Source: Burkholderiales bacterium (GTDB taxonomy: Bacteria; Pseudomonadota; Gammaproteobacteria; Burkholderiales; SG8-39). From it: DNA of 64,000 nt. Positions 17,143-25,094 of the stretch are shown here, piece after piece; positions within the stretch are counted from its first letter, which is position 1; every line of letters starts with the position of its first letter. Below the pieces are notes generated by a model. The model saw only the letters and a list, made by a program, of their open reading frames with translations, searched no databases and was not told where the DNA came from. The stretch spans positions 55,229-119,228 of the forward strand of contig DASRKB010000169.1 of assembly GCA_035649175.1 (NCBI GenBank), in the 5' to 3' direction. The translations under genes and the position numbers were made by a program.

Positions 17143-19434
17143 ATGGCAACCGACCCCGTCTGCGGCATGACGGTCGATCCGGCCAAGGCGGCCGGGAGGT
17201 TCAATTACCAGGGCAAGACGTACCTCTTCTGCTCGAAGCACTGTCTCGCCAGGTTCAAGGCCGAGCCGGCGAAGTACGCGGGCGAGGCAAAGGCCGCCGC
17301 GCCGTCCGCGGCGCCGACGAGCGCCAAGTACACCTGCCCGATGCACCCCGAGGTAGTGCAGGTCGGTCCCGGCTCGTGCCCGAAGTGCGGCATGGCGCTG
17401 GTGCCCATGGCGGGGGCGCAGGCCGAGGAGGACAACGCCGAGCTGCGCGACATGACGCGCCGGTTCTGGGTGAGCGCGGTGCTCAGTGCGCCGCTTGTGC
17501 TGCTCGCGATGGGACCGATGTTCGGATGGATGGAGCCGTTCGGTCTCGCGCCGCGCCCGCGGTCCCTGGCCGAGTTCCTCCTCGGAACGCCGGTGGTCCT
17601 GTGGGGCGGATGGCCCTTCTTCCACAAGTTCTGGCTCTCGCTCAAGAACCGCAGCCCCAACATGTACACGTTGATCGGGCTCGGTGTGGGGGTGGCCTAT
17701 CTCTACAGCCTGATCGCGTTGTTTGCCCCCGGGATTTTCCCGGCCGAGTTCCGCATGCACGGCGGCGAGGAGGTCGGCGTGTACTTCGAGGCCGCGGCGG
17801 TGATCGTGACGCTGGTGCTGCTCGGCGAGGTGATGCAGCTGCGCGCGCTCGGGCAGACGAGCCAGGCGATCAGGCAGCTGCTCGCCCTCGCGCCCAACAC
17901 GGCGCTGCGCATCGGGGCCGACGGCTCGGAGCGGGAGGTGCCGCTCGCGGACGTGCAGGTTGGCGACAAGCTGCGCGTGCGCCCCGGGGAGAAGGTGCCG
18001 ATCGACGGCGTGTGCGTCGAGGGCTCCTCCAACGTCGACGAATCGATGATCACCGGCGAGCCTGTGCCGGTGCCGAAGAACCCCGGCGACCGCGTCACCG
18101 GAGCGACGATCAACGGCAGGGGCACGCTCGTAGTGCGCGCGGAGAAGATCGGCTCGGAGACGCTGCTCGCCCAGATCGTGCACATGGTGGCGCAGGCGCA
18201 GCGCACGCGCGCCCCGGTGCAGCGCCTCGCCGACCTCGTCGCCGCCTACTTCGTGCAGACCGTGGTGGTGATTGCCATCATCACCGCGATCGTGTGGGGC
18301 TTCTTCGGCCCGCAGCCCGCGCTCGTCTACGCGGTGGTAAACGCGGTGGCGGTGCTCATCATCGCCTGCCCGTGCGCGGTGGGGCTTGCCACGCCGATCT
18401 CGATCACCGTGGCGATGGGGCAAGGCGCGCTGAACGGCATCCTGTTCCGCAACGCCGAGGCAGTGGAGAAGCTTCGCGACGTGAACACGCTCGTGGTCGA
18501 CAAGACCGGTACGCTGACTCTGGGTCGTCCGGAGCTCACCGATCTCGCGGCCGAAGGCGTCGAGGAGAACGATGCGCTGCGGCTCATCGCGAGCCTCGAG
18601 CGCGCGAGCGAGCACCCGCTCGCCCAGGCCATCGTCAAGGGCGCGGAGAGCCGGGACCTCCGACTTGCTGCGGTGGAGGACTTCGAGTCCGTCACCGGCA
18701 AGGGCGTTCAGGGCACGGTCGACGGGCGGCGCGTCGCCGTCGGCAACCGGACTTTCATGGAGGGCTTCGGCGGCGTGCCGGCCGCGCTCGCCGAGAAGGC
18801 GGAAGCACTGCGCGCGCAGGCCAAGACCGCCATGTTCGCGGCCGTCGATGGCCGCGTCGCCGCGGTGATTGCGGTCGCCGACCCGATCAAGGAAACCACC
18901 GCCGAGGCGGTGAAGATGCTCAAGGGCGAAGGCGTAAGCATCGTCATGCTCTCCGGCGACTCGCGCAAGACCGCCGAGGCGGTCGGCCGCCAGCTCGGCA
19001 TCGACGAGGTCGTCGCCGAGGTGCTGCCCGAGCAGAAGGTGGAGAAGATCAAGGCGCTGCAGGCCGCGGGGCGCACGGTGGCGATGGCCGGCGACGGCAT
19101 CAACGACGCGCCGGCGCTTGCCCAGTCGAACGTCGGCATCGCCATGGGCACCGGCACGGACGTCGCGATCGAGAGCGGAAGCGTCACGCTGGTGAAGGGT
19201 GACCTGCGCGGCATCGCCAAGGCGATCCGCCTCTCGCACGCCACGATGCGTAACGTGAAGCAGAACCTCTTCTTCGCTTTCGTCTACAACGCGCTCGGCG
19301 TGCCGATCGCCGCGGGCGTGCTCTATCCCTTTTTCGGGCTGCTGCTCTCGCCGATCTTCGCCGGCGCGGCGATGGCGATGAGCTCGGTGTCCGTGGTCAC
19401 CAACGCGCTGCGGCTGCGGCGGGCGAAGCTGTGA
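17143..19434 (+). CDS. heavy-metal (copper) P1B-type ATPase with N-terminal YHS/TRASH-like and CPMHPE metal-binding modules
   Basis: [36 protein letters not shown] ([11 protein letters not shown]), DKTGTLT and [10 protein letters not shown]. Confidence 0.9.
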   Translation: MATDPVCGMTVDPAKAAGRFNYQGKTYLFCSKHCLARFKAEPAKYAGEAKAAAPSAAPTSAKYTCPMHPEVVQVGPGSCPKCGMALVPMAGAQAEEDNAELRDMTRRFWVSAVLSAPLVLLAMGPMFGWMEPFGLAPRPRSLAEFLLGTPVVLWGGWPFFHKFWLSLKNRSPNMYTLIGLGVGVAYLYSLIALFAPGIFPAEFRMHGGEEVGVYFEAAAVIVTLVLLGEVMQLRALGQTSQAIRQLLALAPNTALRIGADGSEREVPLADVQVGDKLRVRPGEKVPIDGVCVEGSSNVDESMITGEPVPVPKNPGDRVTGATINGRGTLVVRAEKIGSETLLAQIVHMVAQAQRTRAPVQRLADLVAAYFVQTVVVIAIITAIVWGFFGPQPALVYAVVNAVAVLIIACPCAVGLATPISITVAMGQGALNGILFRNAEAVEKLRDVNTLVVDKTGTLTLGRPELTDLAAEGVEENDALRLIASLERASEHPLAQAIVKGAESRDLRLAAVEDFESVTGKGVQGTVDGRRVAVGNRTFMEGFGGVPAALAEKAEALRAQAKTAMFAAVDGRVAAVIAVADPIKETTAEAVKMLKGEGVSIVMLSGDSRKTAEAVGRQLGIDEVVAEVLPEQKVEKIKALQAAGRTVAMAGDGINDAPALAQSNVGIAMGTGTDVAIESGSVTLVKGDLRGIAKAIRLSHATMRNVKQNLFFAFVYNALGVPIAAGVLYPFFGLLLSPIFAGAAMAMSSVSVVTNALRLRRAKL

Positions 19435-19637
19435 TGAACACGAGCCGCTGGGTGTTCTGGGGCTTCCTGCTCATCGCCGGATTGCTGCTCGTCGCCGAGC
19501 ATGGCGCGCACCTTTACGGCTGGTTCTCCGCCTATGGGATTTGGCTGCTCGTGCTCGCCTGCCCGCTGCTGCATCTCTTCCACGGCCATGGCGGACACGG
19601 CCGCCATGGCAAGGACGACAAGGAAGGCGGGCGATGA
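19431..19637 (+). CDS. DUF2933 family small membrane protein
   Basis: Two TM segments and ..[17 protein letters not shown].. The start overlaps the ATPase stop. Confidence 0.75.
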   Translation: MMNTSRWVFWGFLLIAGLLLVAEHGAHLYGWFSAYGIWLLVLACPLLHLFHGHGGHGRHGKDDKEGGR

Positions 19638-20299
19638 GCGAGGCGGGCGAGATGCAGGCCTACGGGCTGTGGTCCCTGGTGCTGGTCAACTCGCTCGTCT
19701 TCATCATCTTCGCCTTCAGCTTCTACCGGCCCAAGAGCAGGCGCGACTGGCGCTCGTTCGGCGCCTTCTCGGCGTTCCTCGTCGCGCTGTTCACGGAGAT
19801 GTACGGCTTCCCGCTCACGATCTACCTGCTCTCCGGGTGGCTCTCGAGCCGCTTTCCCGGCGTGGACTGGCTCTCGCACGACGCGGGCCACCTTCTCGAG
19901 ATGCTCCTGGGGTGGAAGGCGAACCCGCATTTCGGGCCGTTCCATCTGCTGAGCAATGTCTTCATCGTCGGCGGCTTCTGGCTGCTCGCCTCCGCGTGGA
20001 GGGTGCTCTACGCGGCGCACCGCACCGGCCGGGTCGCCACGGCGGGCGCCTATGCCCGGGTGCGCCATCCGCAGTACGTCGCCTTCGTGCTCATCATGTT
20101 TGGCTTTCTGCTGCAGTGGCCGACGCTGGTGACGCTCGTCATGTTCCCGATCCTGGTGCTCGTCTATGCGCGCCTCGCTTCCCGGGAAGAGCTGGACATG
20201 GACGAGCGCTTCGGCGCCGAATGGCGTGCCTACGCGGCGATTACGCCGCGATTCATCCCGGACCTGACAGGAGGTGCACATGATGTGGGGCGGATTTGA
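19634..20299 (+). CDS. isoprenylcysteine carboxyl methyltransferase (ICMT)-like membrane methyltransferase
   Basis: ATGA overlap with DUF2933. Multi-TM, with ..YARVRHPQYVAFVLIMFG.. as the ICMT-type motif. Confidence 0.75.
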   Translation: MSEAGEMQAYGLWSLVLVNSLVFIIFAFSFYRPKSRRDWRSFGAFSAFLVALFTEMYGFPLTIYLLSGWLSSRFPGVDWLSHDAGHLLEMLLGWKANPHFGPFHLLSNVFIVGGFWLLASAWRVLYAAHRTGRVATAGAYARVRHPQYVAFVLIMFGFLLQWPTLVTLVMFPILVLVYARLASREELDMDERFGAEWRAYAAITPRFIPDLTGGAHDVGRI

Positions 20300-20519
20300 C
20301 GGCATGGGCTGGGGCTGGATCGGCCTCGGCATCGTGCACATGGCGCTTTTCTGGATCCTGGTGATCCTCGGCATCGTGGTGCTCGTGAAATGGCTCGCGG
20401 GCGGGCCCACGGGCGGCGGCGGCGAGAGCCGCGCGCTTGACATCCTCAAGGAGCGCTACGCGAAAGGCGAACTCACACGGGAGCAATTCGAGCAGATGAG
20501 AAGGGAGCTGGGAGATTGA
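20274..20519 (+). CDS. SHOCT domain membrane protein
   Basis: An N-terminal TM pair and the C-terminal ..LDILKERYAKGELTREQFEQMRREL SHOCT motif. Confidence 0.75.
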   Translation: MHMMWGGFDGMGWGWIGLGIVHMALFWILVILGIVVLVKWLAGGPTGGGGESRALDILKERYAKGELTREQFEQMRRELGD

Positions 20520-20554
20520 CCTTCCCTGAAAGGGCGAGACCATGAAGAGGCGCC

Positions 20555-21142
20555 ATGACTGACGAGAAGCGAGAGCCGTCGCGCCGCCGGGCGTTGGCGA
20601 GGCTGACTGCCGCCGCCGGCGGGCTTGCGTCAGCCGGCGCCGCTCTGCCCTTCCTGGCCAGCCTCGCGCCCAGCGAGCGCGCGAAGGCGGCCGGCGCACC
20701 GCTGGAGGTCGATCTCGGCGCGGTCAAGCCGGCACAGCTGCACACGGTAGAATGGCGCGGGCGGCCCGTGTGGGTTCTCCGTCGCACGCCGGACATGCTC
20801 GAGCGCCTGTCCCGCGTCGAGCCGCTGCTCAGCGATCCGAACTCCGCAGTGAGCTCGCAGCAGCCCGAATACGCGAAAAACGCCACCCGCTCCATCGAGC
20901 CCGAGCTGCTGGTGACCGTGGCGCTGTGTACACACCTCGGCTGCATCCCCTCCTATTACCCTCAGCCCGATTCCGTGCAGCCGGGATGGCCGGGAGGGTT
21001 CTACTGCCCCTGCCATGGGTCGAAGTTCGATCTGGCTGGACGCGTTTACCGCGGCTCCCCGGCACCTACGAACCTCGTCATTCCGCCGCATCGTTACCTT
21101 TCGCCGTCGCGCATCCTGGTCGGCGCGGACGGCAGCACGTAA
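20555..21142 (+). CDS. Rieske [2Fe-2S] protein, ubiquinol-cytochrome c reductase iron-sulfur subunit-like (orphan)
   Basis: Tat motif SRRRALARL and the cluster ligands CTHLGC..CPCHGS. No petB or petC lies adjacent. Confidence 0.85.
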   Translation: MTDEKREPSRRRALARLTAAAGGLASAGAALPFLASLAPSERAKAAGAPLEVDLGAVKPAQLHTVEWRGRPVWVLRRTPDMLERLSRVEPLLSDPNSAVSSQQPEYAKNATRSIEPELLVTVALCTHLGCIPSYYPQPDSVQPGWPGGFYCPCHGSKFDLAGRVYRGSPAPTNLVIPPHRYLSPSRILVGADGST

Positions 21143-21306
21143 AAGCGACGCCTCCAAGCGGCCGCACCGTAGGCGGATGAACTGTTGCGCCCCGGCAACG
21201 GCGCCGCTTACACCAAATATCCGGGACTCTCTTGTCCTGGATCAATACGACGTCGCACGCTGCGCGCAGTATCGCTTTGCTGAACGGCGGCTCACGGAGG
21301 TGCCAA

Positions 21307-21813
21307 ATGCAAGCTCATACCCCTGACTTTTCGCTGAAGGTGGAAGGAGTCAAAGGCGTTTGCCCCGCAGGTGAGGTGTGGGCGAAGGGGCAGACGGCGA
21401 AGCGAACCATCCCTGTTTTCTCATGCGAAGGCCCGTGCATCCGTGGCGACATAGCCCGGCTCGCGGCCAACTACATCACGCAGGATGTGCCGGCGCTCGC
21501 GCGCGCCTGCCACGCCGAAACGTTCTTCGTACCTCATTCATCGATGCTCCGATGGATAAAGGAAGCGGAGAAGAGCGTGGTGATCGATGGCTGCTTCCTG
21601 AAGTGCCACGGGCGTGTTCTCAAGGAAATGGTCGGTGAAGAGCACCTCGTCCACATCGACGCACTGCCGCTCTACAAGAAATACACCGACATCTTCCTGA
21701 TGGATGACGTTCCGGAGGATGAGCGGAAGGCGGTCGCACGGCAGGTGGCGGACAAGATCATCGCGCAGCTGAAGAAGGAAGGCATACTCCAATGTATTTC
21801 TTCGTCAGCTTGA
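21307..21813 (+). CDS. DGC-domain putative zinc-binding protein
   Basis: GGAGG lies 6 nt upstream of ATG 21307. ..VFSCEGPCIRG.. and ..VVIDGCFLKCHG.. (the DGC motif). Confidence 0.7.
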   Translation: MQAHTPDFSLKVEGVKGVCPAGEVWAKGQTAKRTIPVFSCEGPCIRGDIARLAANYITQDVPALARACHAETFFVPHSSMLRWIKEAEKSVVIDGCFLKCHGRVLKEMVGEEHLVHIDALPLYKKYTDIFLMDDVPEDERKAVARQVADKIIAQLKKEGILQCISSSA

Positions 21814-22058
21814 TTCCCACCACGCTTGTGGTGGTCCTTGGATACTTCATTCTCTTCTCGTCTACCAAGGCGCAGGAAGGGGTGAAGAGATTTGGCCAGA
21901 TCCTGGCCGCCTGGGTGCTCGTCCTCGCGGCGCTTTTCCCCCTGGCAGGGGCCTACGCGACGTTCGCCGGTGTCCCCTCGATAGGAGAAATGATGCGGGG
22001 GATGCACTCGGGGGGTGTCGGGAGGTGGTACGTAAGCGGTAATAGGAGCGCGTCATGA
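21792..22058 (+). CDS. small two-TM membrane protein, unknown function
   Basis: An 88-aa ORF overlapping the DGC gene end, with two hydrophobic helices. Coding status rests on operon context only. Confidence 0.45.
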   Translation: MYFFVSLIPTTLVVVLGYFILFSSTKAQEGVKRFGQILAAWVLVLAALFPLAGAYATFAGVPSIGEMMRGMHSGGVGRWYVSGNRSAS

Positions 22059-22282
22059 AACGCAACGTCGGAACAGTGGATCGCGTGATCCGCATCGTCG
22101 CCGGGCTCGTCCTGCTCAGCCTGGTCTTCATCGTGGAAGGCAATGCCCGGTGGTGGGGGCTCGTCGGCCTGCTGCCGCTTGCGACTGGATTGGTCGGCCG
22201 GTGTGCGCTGTACATGCCCCTGGGGCTCGATACATCTCACGCCAGAAAGCAGGCGCCCGGAGCACCGCACGTGTCGACTTGA
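22055..22282 (+). CDS. DUF2892 (YgaP-like) membrane protein
   Basis: ATGA overlap with the upstream ORF. ..NVGTVDRVIRIVAGLVLL.. and ..ATGLVGRCALYMPLG.. are typical of DUF2892. Confidence 0.7.
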   Translation: MKRNVGTVDRVIRIVAGLVLLSLVFIVEGNARWWGLVGLLPLATGLVGRCALYMPLGLDTSHARKQAPGAPHVST

Positions 22283-22313
22283 TGGAGCGCTCGCTGCGCC
22301 GAGGAGGTGAACG

Positions 22314-22583
22314 ATGACTGAAGGCACCAACCCGATGGCGACGTGCCCAATGGCGAAGATATGCAAGGGGATGATGGAGAAGTCGCCTTCCCGCTCGCTT
22401 TTCGTGCTGCCCGGCTTGCTTCTGATCGTGCTCGGCGTCTTGATCTTTGTCGAGCCGAGGATAGTCGTGTGGCTGGTGGCGAGCGTGGCCATCCTGATGG
22501 GCCTGATGTTTTTCATGATGGCGCGCTTCATCGGAAGATTGCGCAAGCCCCCCGGCCGGCATCTAGCTGCGAAAGGAGGCTAG
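22314..22583 (+). CDS. small membrane protein with N-terminal CPMAKIC motif, unknown function
   Basis: An 89-aa ORF with the N-terminal Cys/Met motif MATCPMAKICKGMM and two TM helices. Confidence 0.5.
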   Translation: MTEGTNPMATCPMAKICKGMMEKSPSRSLFVLPGLLLIVLGVLIFVEPRIVVWLVASVAILMGLMFFMMARFIGRLRKPPGRHLAAKGG

Positions 22584-22585
22584 CG

Positions 22586-22837
22586 ATGAAACGAGTCCTA
22601 GTTATTGCGGTCGTCGCCGCGTTCGGCGCGGCGCTTGGCGGCTGCGCCGAGCGCGAGCAATCCGCCCTGTACAAGGACGGCAAGTACCGCGGCAAGCCCG
22701 ATACGCAGCCGTGGGACAACGCGCCTGCCGCGTACGGCGCGGGAATGTGGACGAAGGGCGACCACGAAAGCTGGGAGAACCAGCTTCGCGCGCGCAATAT
22801 CACCGCCCAGAACGAGCACAGGCGCATCGGCCACTAG
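22586..22837 (+). CDS. small lipoprotein, unknown function
   Basis: AAAGGAGG RBS (22572-22579) and a signal peptide with lipobox LGGC. Confidence 0.6.
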   Translation: MKRVLVIAVVAAFGAALGGCAEREQSALYKDGKYRGKPDTQPWDNAPAAYGAGMWTKGDHESWENQLRARNITAQNEHRRIGH

Positions 22838-22841
22838 GGCG

Positions 22842-23231
22842 CAAGCGTGCCTTGAGCGTCGTTACGTCGCCCTCGCCGTGCTTGCGCTCGGCATGCTGGT
22901 GCTTGCCGCTGGCGCCTTCGCGTGGCTCTGGCCGAGACCGGACCCCGGCGTGTTGGAGGCCAACGGGCAGGTGCGCGGCACCGAAGTCACGGTGAGCGCG
23001 AAGGCGGGCGGCGTCCTTGAGGTGGTCGCGGTCCGCGAAGGCACGCAGGTGGCGAAGGCGTGTATGTGCCGGAGCCAGTCCGGTGCGCCACTAATGGAGC
23101 TCGCGCTGGGCATCATTCTCAAGGGCGTGGGCATCGACGTTCTCTGGCCACAACTGGCTGGGCTCGCGGCGGTCGGCACCGCTCTCATGCGAGCTGCGCT
23201 CGCGCGCCTGCGACGCCACCTCTACGTGTGA
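22842..23231 (+). pseudogene. deletion relic: N-terminus of a HlyD-family membrane-fusion protein joined to the C-terminus of an ABC-2 permease
   Basis: A single frame reads ..LAVLALGMLVLAAGAFAWLW..LEANGQVRGTEVTVSAKAGGVLEVVAVREGTQVAKA (HlyD start). It then reads ..LMELALGIILKGVGIDVLWPQLAGLAAVGTALMRAALARLRRHL* (ABC-2 permease tail). Confidence 0.6.
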
Positions 23232-23235
23232 GGCG

Positions 23236-23622
23236 CTAGCGCAACTGCCAGCGGAACATGCGGGGCGAGGACTCGCCGGGGCGCTGTAACCGCAGCTCCA
23301 GCCCGGCCGGCAGCGGGCTGATGGCCTTGAAGCGCAGCACGCCCTTGCGGTGGTGACCCCCAGGGGCATCGCCCTGCCAGGCGAGCGGCGCGGCGGTTTC
23401 CCCGCCCGCGTGCAGGCTCGCGGATTTCGCTGGCTCGTCGCTGAGGTCCTGCGTGTGCGTGTCGAACACGAGCTCGAATTCCCACACTGGCCCGGCGAGG
23501 CCGCGCGGCGTCGCTTTCACGGTGACGCCGTTCGCCGAGATCGACTGCGTCGGCAAGGCGCCGGCCGCGGCAACGGCGACTGAGATTCCCAGGGCAAGGA
23601 GCGCGATCAGGCCGCGACGCAT
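23236..23622 (-). CDS. secreted protein, unknown function
   Basis: ATG 23622 opens the signal peptide MRRGLIALLALGISVAVAAA. The 128-aa beta-rich sequence matches no family I recognise. Confidence 0.55.
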   Translation of the reverse strand: MRRGLIALLALGISVAVAAAGALPTQSISANGVTVKATPRGLAGPVWEFELVFDTHTQDLSDEPAKSASLHAGGETAAPLAWQGDAPGGHHRKGVLRFKAISPLPAGLELRLQRPGESSPRMFRWQLR

Positions 23623-24050
23623 CTGGCATGCTCCCGCGTGGCGTTCAAGAGGTTCCTGCCGATGTAGGCGATGCCGGCGGCGTTGAAGGCGAGGCCGGCC
23701 CAGAAGAGCTCGACCTGGTAGTGCGCCGCGAAGGTCACGAGGCCCGTAGTGCCGAGAACCGGGGCGACATTGGCGATGTAGTGTGCGCAGCACGACACCA
23801 TGGCGGCGCCGGAGGTGGTCCCCGTCGTCGCCATCACGGCGCGCGGGCCGGCGGCATGCACGACCTGCCGCAACCGCACGAAGAGCGCCACCTGGACGCC
23901 GAACCCGGCCCCCAGGGCGACCAGGTAGCCCCAGTAATCCCGGAACTGCTGCAGGGTGAATTCCCAGCCGGAAATCGCCGTGAGCGCCCCGAAGTAAAGG
24001 CCAAGCAAGCCGCCAAGAGACGCAAAGCCAAGGAGAACTGCGACGCCCAT
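23607..24050 (-). CDS. four-TM membrane protein with SCCAHY motif, unknown function
   Basis: ATG 24050; hydrophobic helices; an intramembrane ..AAMVSCCAHYIANV.. Cys pair. It overlaps the downstream secreted-protein gene by 16 nt. Confidence 0.55.
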   Translation of the reverse strand: MGVAVLLGFASLGGLLGLYFGALTAISGWEFTLQQFRDYWGYLVALGAGFGVQVALFVRLRQVVHAAGPRAVMATTGTTSGAAMVSCCAHYIANVAPVLGTTGLVTFAAHYQVELFWAGLAFNAAGIAYIGRNLLNATREHARCVAA

Positions 24051-24150
24051 GGAGGGATTAGAGCGCTGCGCCAAGCCAATCGTTTGACGTGGGTCAAGCC
24101 TCCCGTCCGCGCCGGTGTCAAGCTGGCAGTCAGACGAAAGGAGTCCTGAA

Positions 24151-24636
24151 ATGAAACGCACACTGATCGGCGCCACTCTCGTGGCGGCAGCAATCGTCGG
24201 CGGCACGGCGCTCGCGCAAGGCTACGGCATGGGCCCCGGCATGATGGGCGGGTACGGGCCCGGTTACGGCATGGGTCCCGGGATGATGGGCGGCTACGGG
24301 CCAGGACGCGGGATGGGGCCCGGCATGGGGCCGGGCATGATGGGCGGCGGCTACGGGCCGTACGCGGGCCTCGACCTCACCGACGACCAGCGCAAGAAGG
24401 TCGACGCCATCCAGGAAGACGTGTGGCGCAAGCAGGGCGAGCTGATGGGCGCGATGCACGCGCAGGGCTACCGCATGCACGAGAGCTTCGACTTCGGCAA
24501 GGACGACGCAGCGGCGCGGGCGGCCTTCGACACCATGGCCACCATGCACAAGCAGATGTTCGAGCTGCGGCTCGAGGCGCGCAAGCGCATCGACGCGGTG
24601 CTCACGCCTGAGCAGCGCAAGCAGATCGGCCGCTAG
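24151..24636 (+). CDS. Spy/CpxP-family periplasmic protein with Gly/Met-rich repeats
   Basis: AAAGGAG RBS, signal peptide, repeated GYGMGPGMMGGYGPG, and two LTxxQ motifs (LTDDQ, LTPEQ). Confidence 0.75.
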   Translation: MKRTLIGATLVAAAIVGGTALAQGYGMGPGMMGGYGPGYGMGPGMMGGYGPGRGMGPGMGPGMMGGGYGPYAGLDLTDDQRKKVDAIQEDVWRKQGELMGAMHAQGYRMHESFDFGKDDAAARAAFDTMATMHKQMFELRLEARKRIDAVLTPEQRKQIGR

Positions 24637-24637
24637 C

Positions 24638-25084
24638 ATGGCGACGCGGCGCACTTTCCTCCTCGGCGCGGCGGGCGCCATGGCGTTCGCCGCCGTTCCT
24701 GCGGCGAACGCCCAGGTCAGGCCGCTTGTCACCGTGTACAAGAGCCCGACTTGCGGCTGCTGCGGCGAGTGGGAGAAGCACATGCAGGCGAGCGGTTTTC
24801 GGGTCGACACGCACAAGGTTCCCAATGTCGTCCCGATCAAGGGCAACCTCGGCGTGCCGCAAGCGCTCCACTCCTGCCACACCGCGATCGTCGGCGGCTA
24901 TGTGCTCGAGGGGCACGTGCCGGCTTCCGACGTCAAGCGGCTGCTCAGCGAGCGCCCCAAGATCACTGGCCTCGCCGTTCCCGGGATGATCCCGGGCTCG
25001 CCCGGCATGGAGCAGGGGACGCCCCAACCGTACGCGACGATCGCGTTCGACGATCGCGGCACGCGGGTATTCGCGCAGCACTGA
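24638..25084 (+). CDS. DUF411 (CopG-type) periplasmic metal-binding protein
   Basis: Tat-like signal MATRRTFLLGAAG. ..YKSPTCGCCGEWEKHM.. and ..GLAVPGMIPGSPGME.. are DUF411 hallmarks. Confidence 0.85.
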   Translation: MATRRTFLLGAAGAMAFAAVPAANAQVRPLVTVYKSPTCGCCGEWEKHMQASGFRVDTHKVPNVVPIKGNLGVPQALHSCHTAIVGGYVLEGHVPASDVKRLLSERPKITGLAVPGMIPGSPGMEQGTPQPYATIAFDDRGTRVFAQH

Positions 25085-25094
25085 CGGCAGGACC

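Noticed and set aside
24215-24365. Short tandem DNA repeats considered as a possible CRISPR or minisatellite.
   Set aside because: The repeats are in frame within a signal-peptide protein and encode Gly/Met-rich peptide repeats. There is no spacer-repeat organisation.
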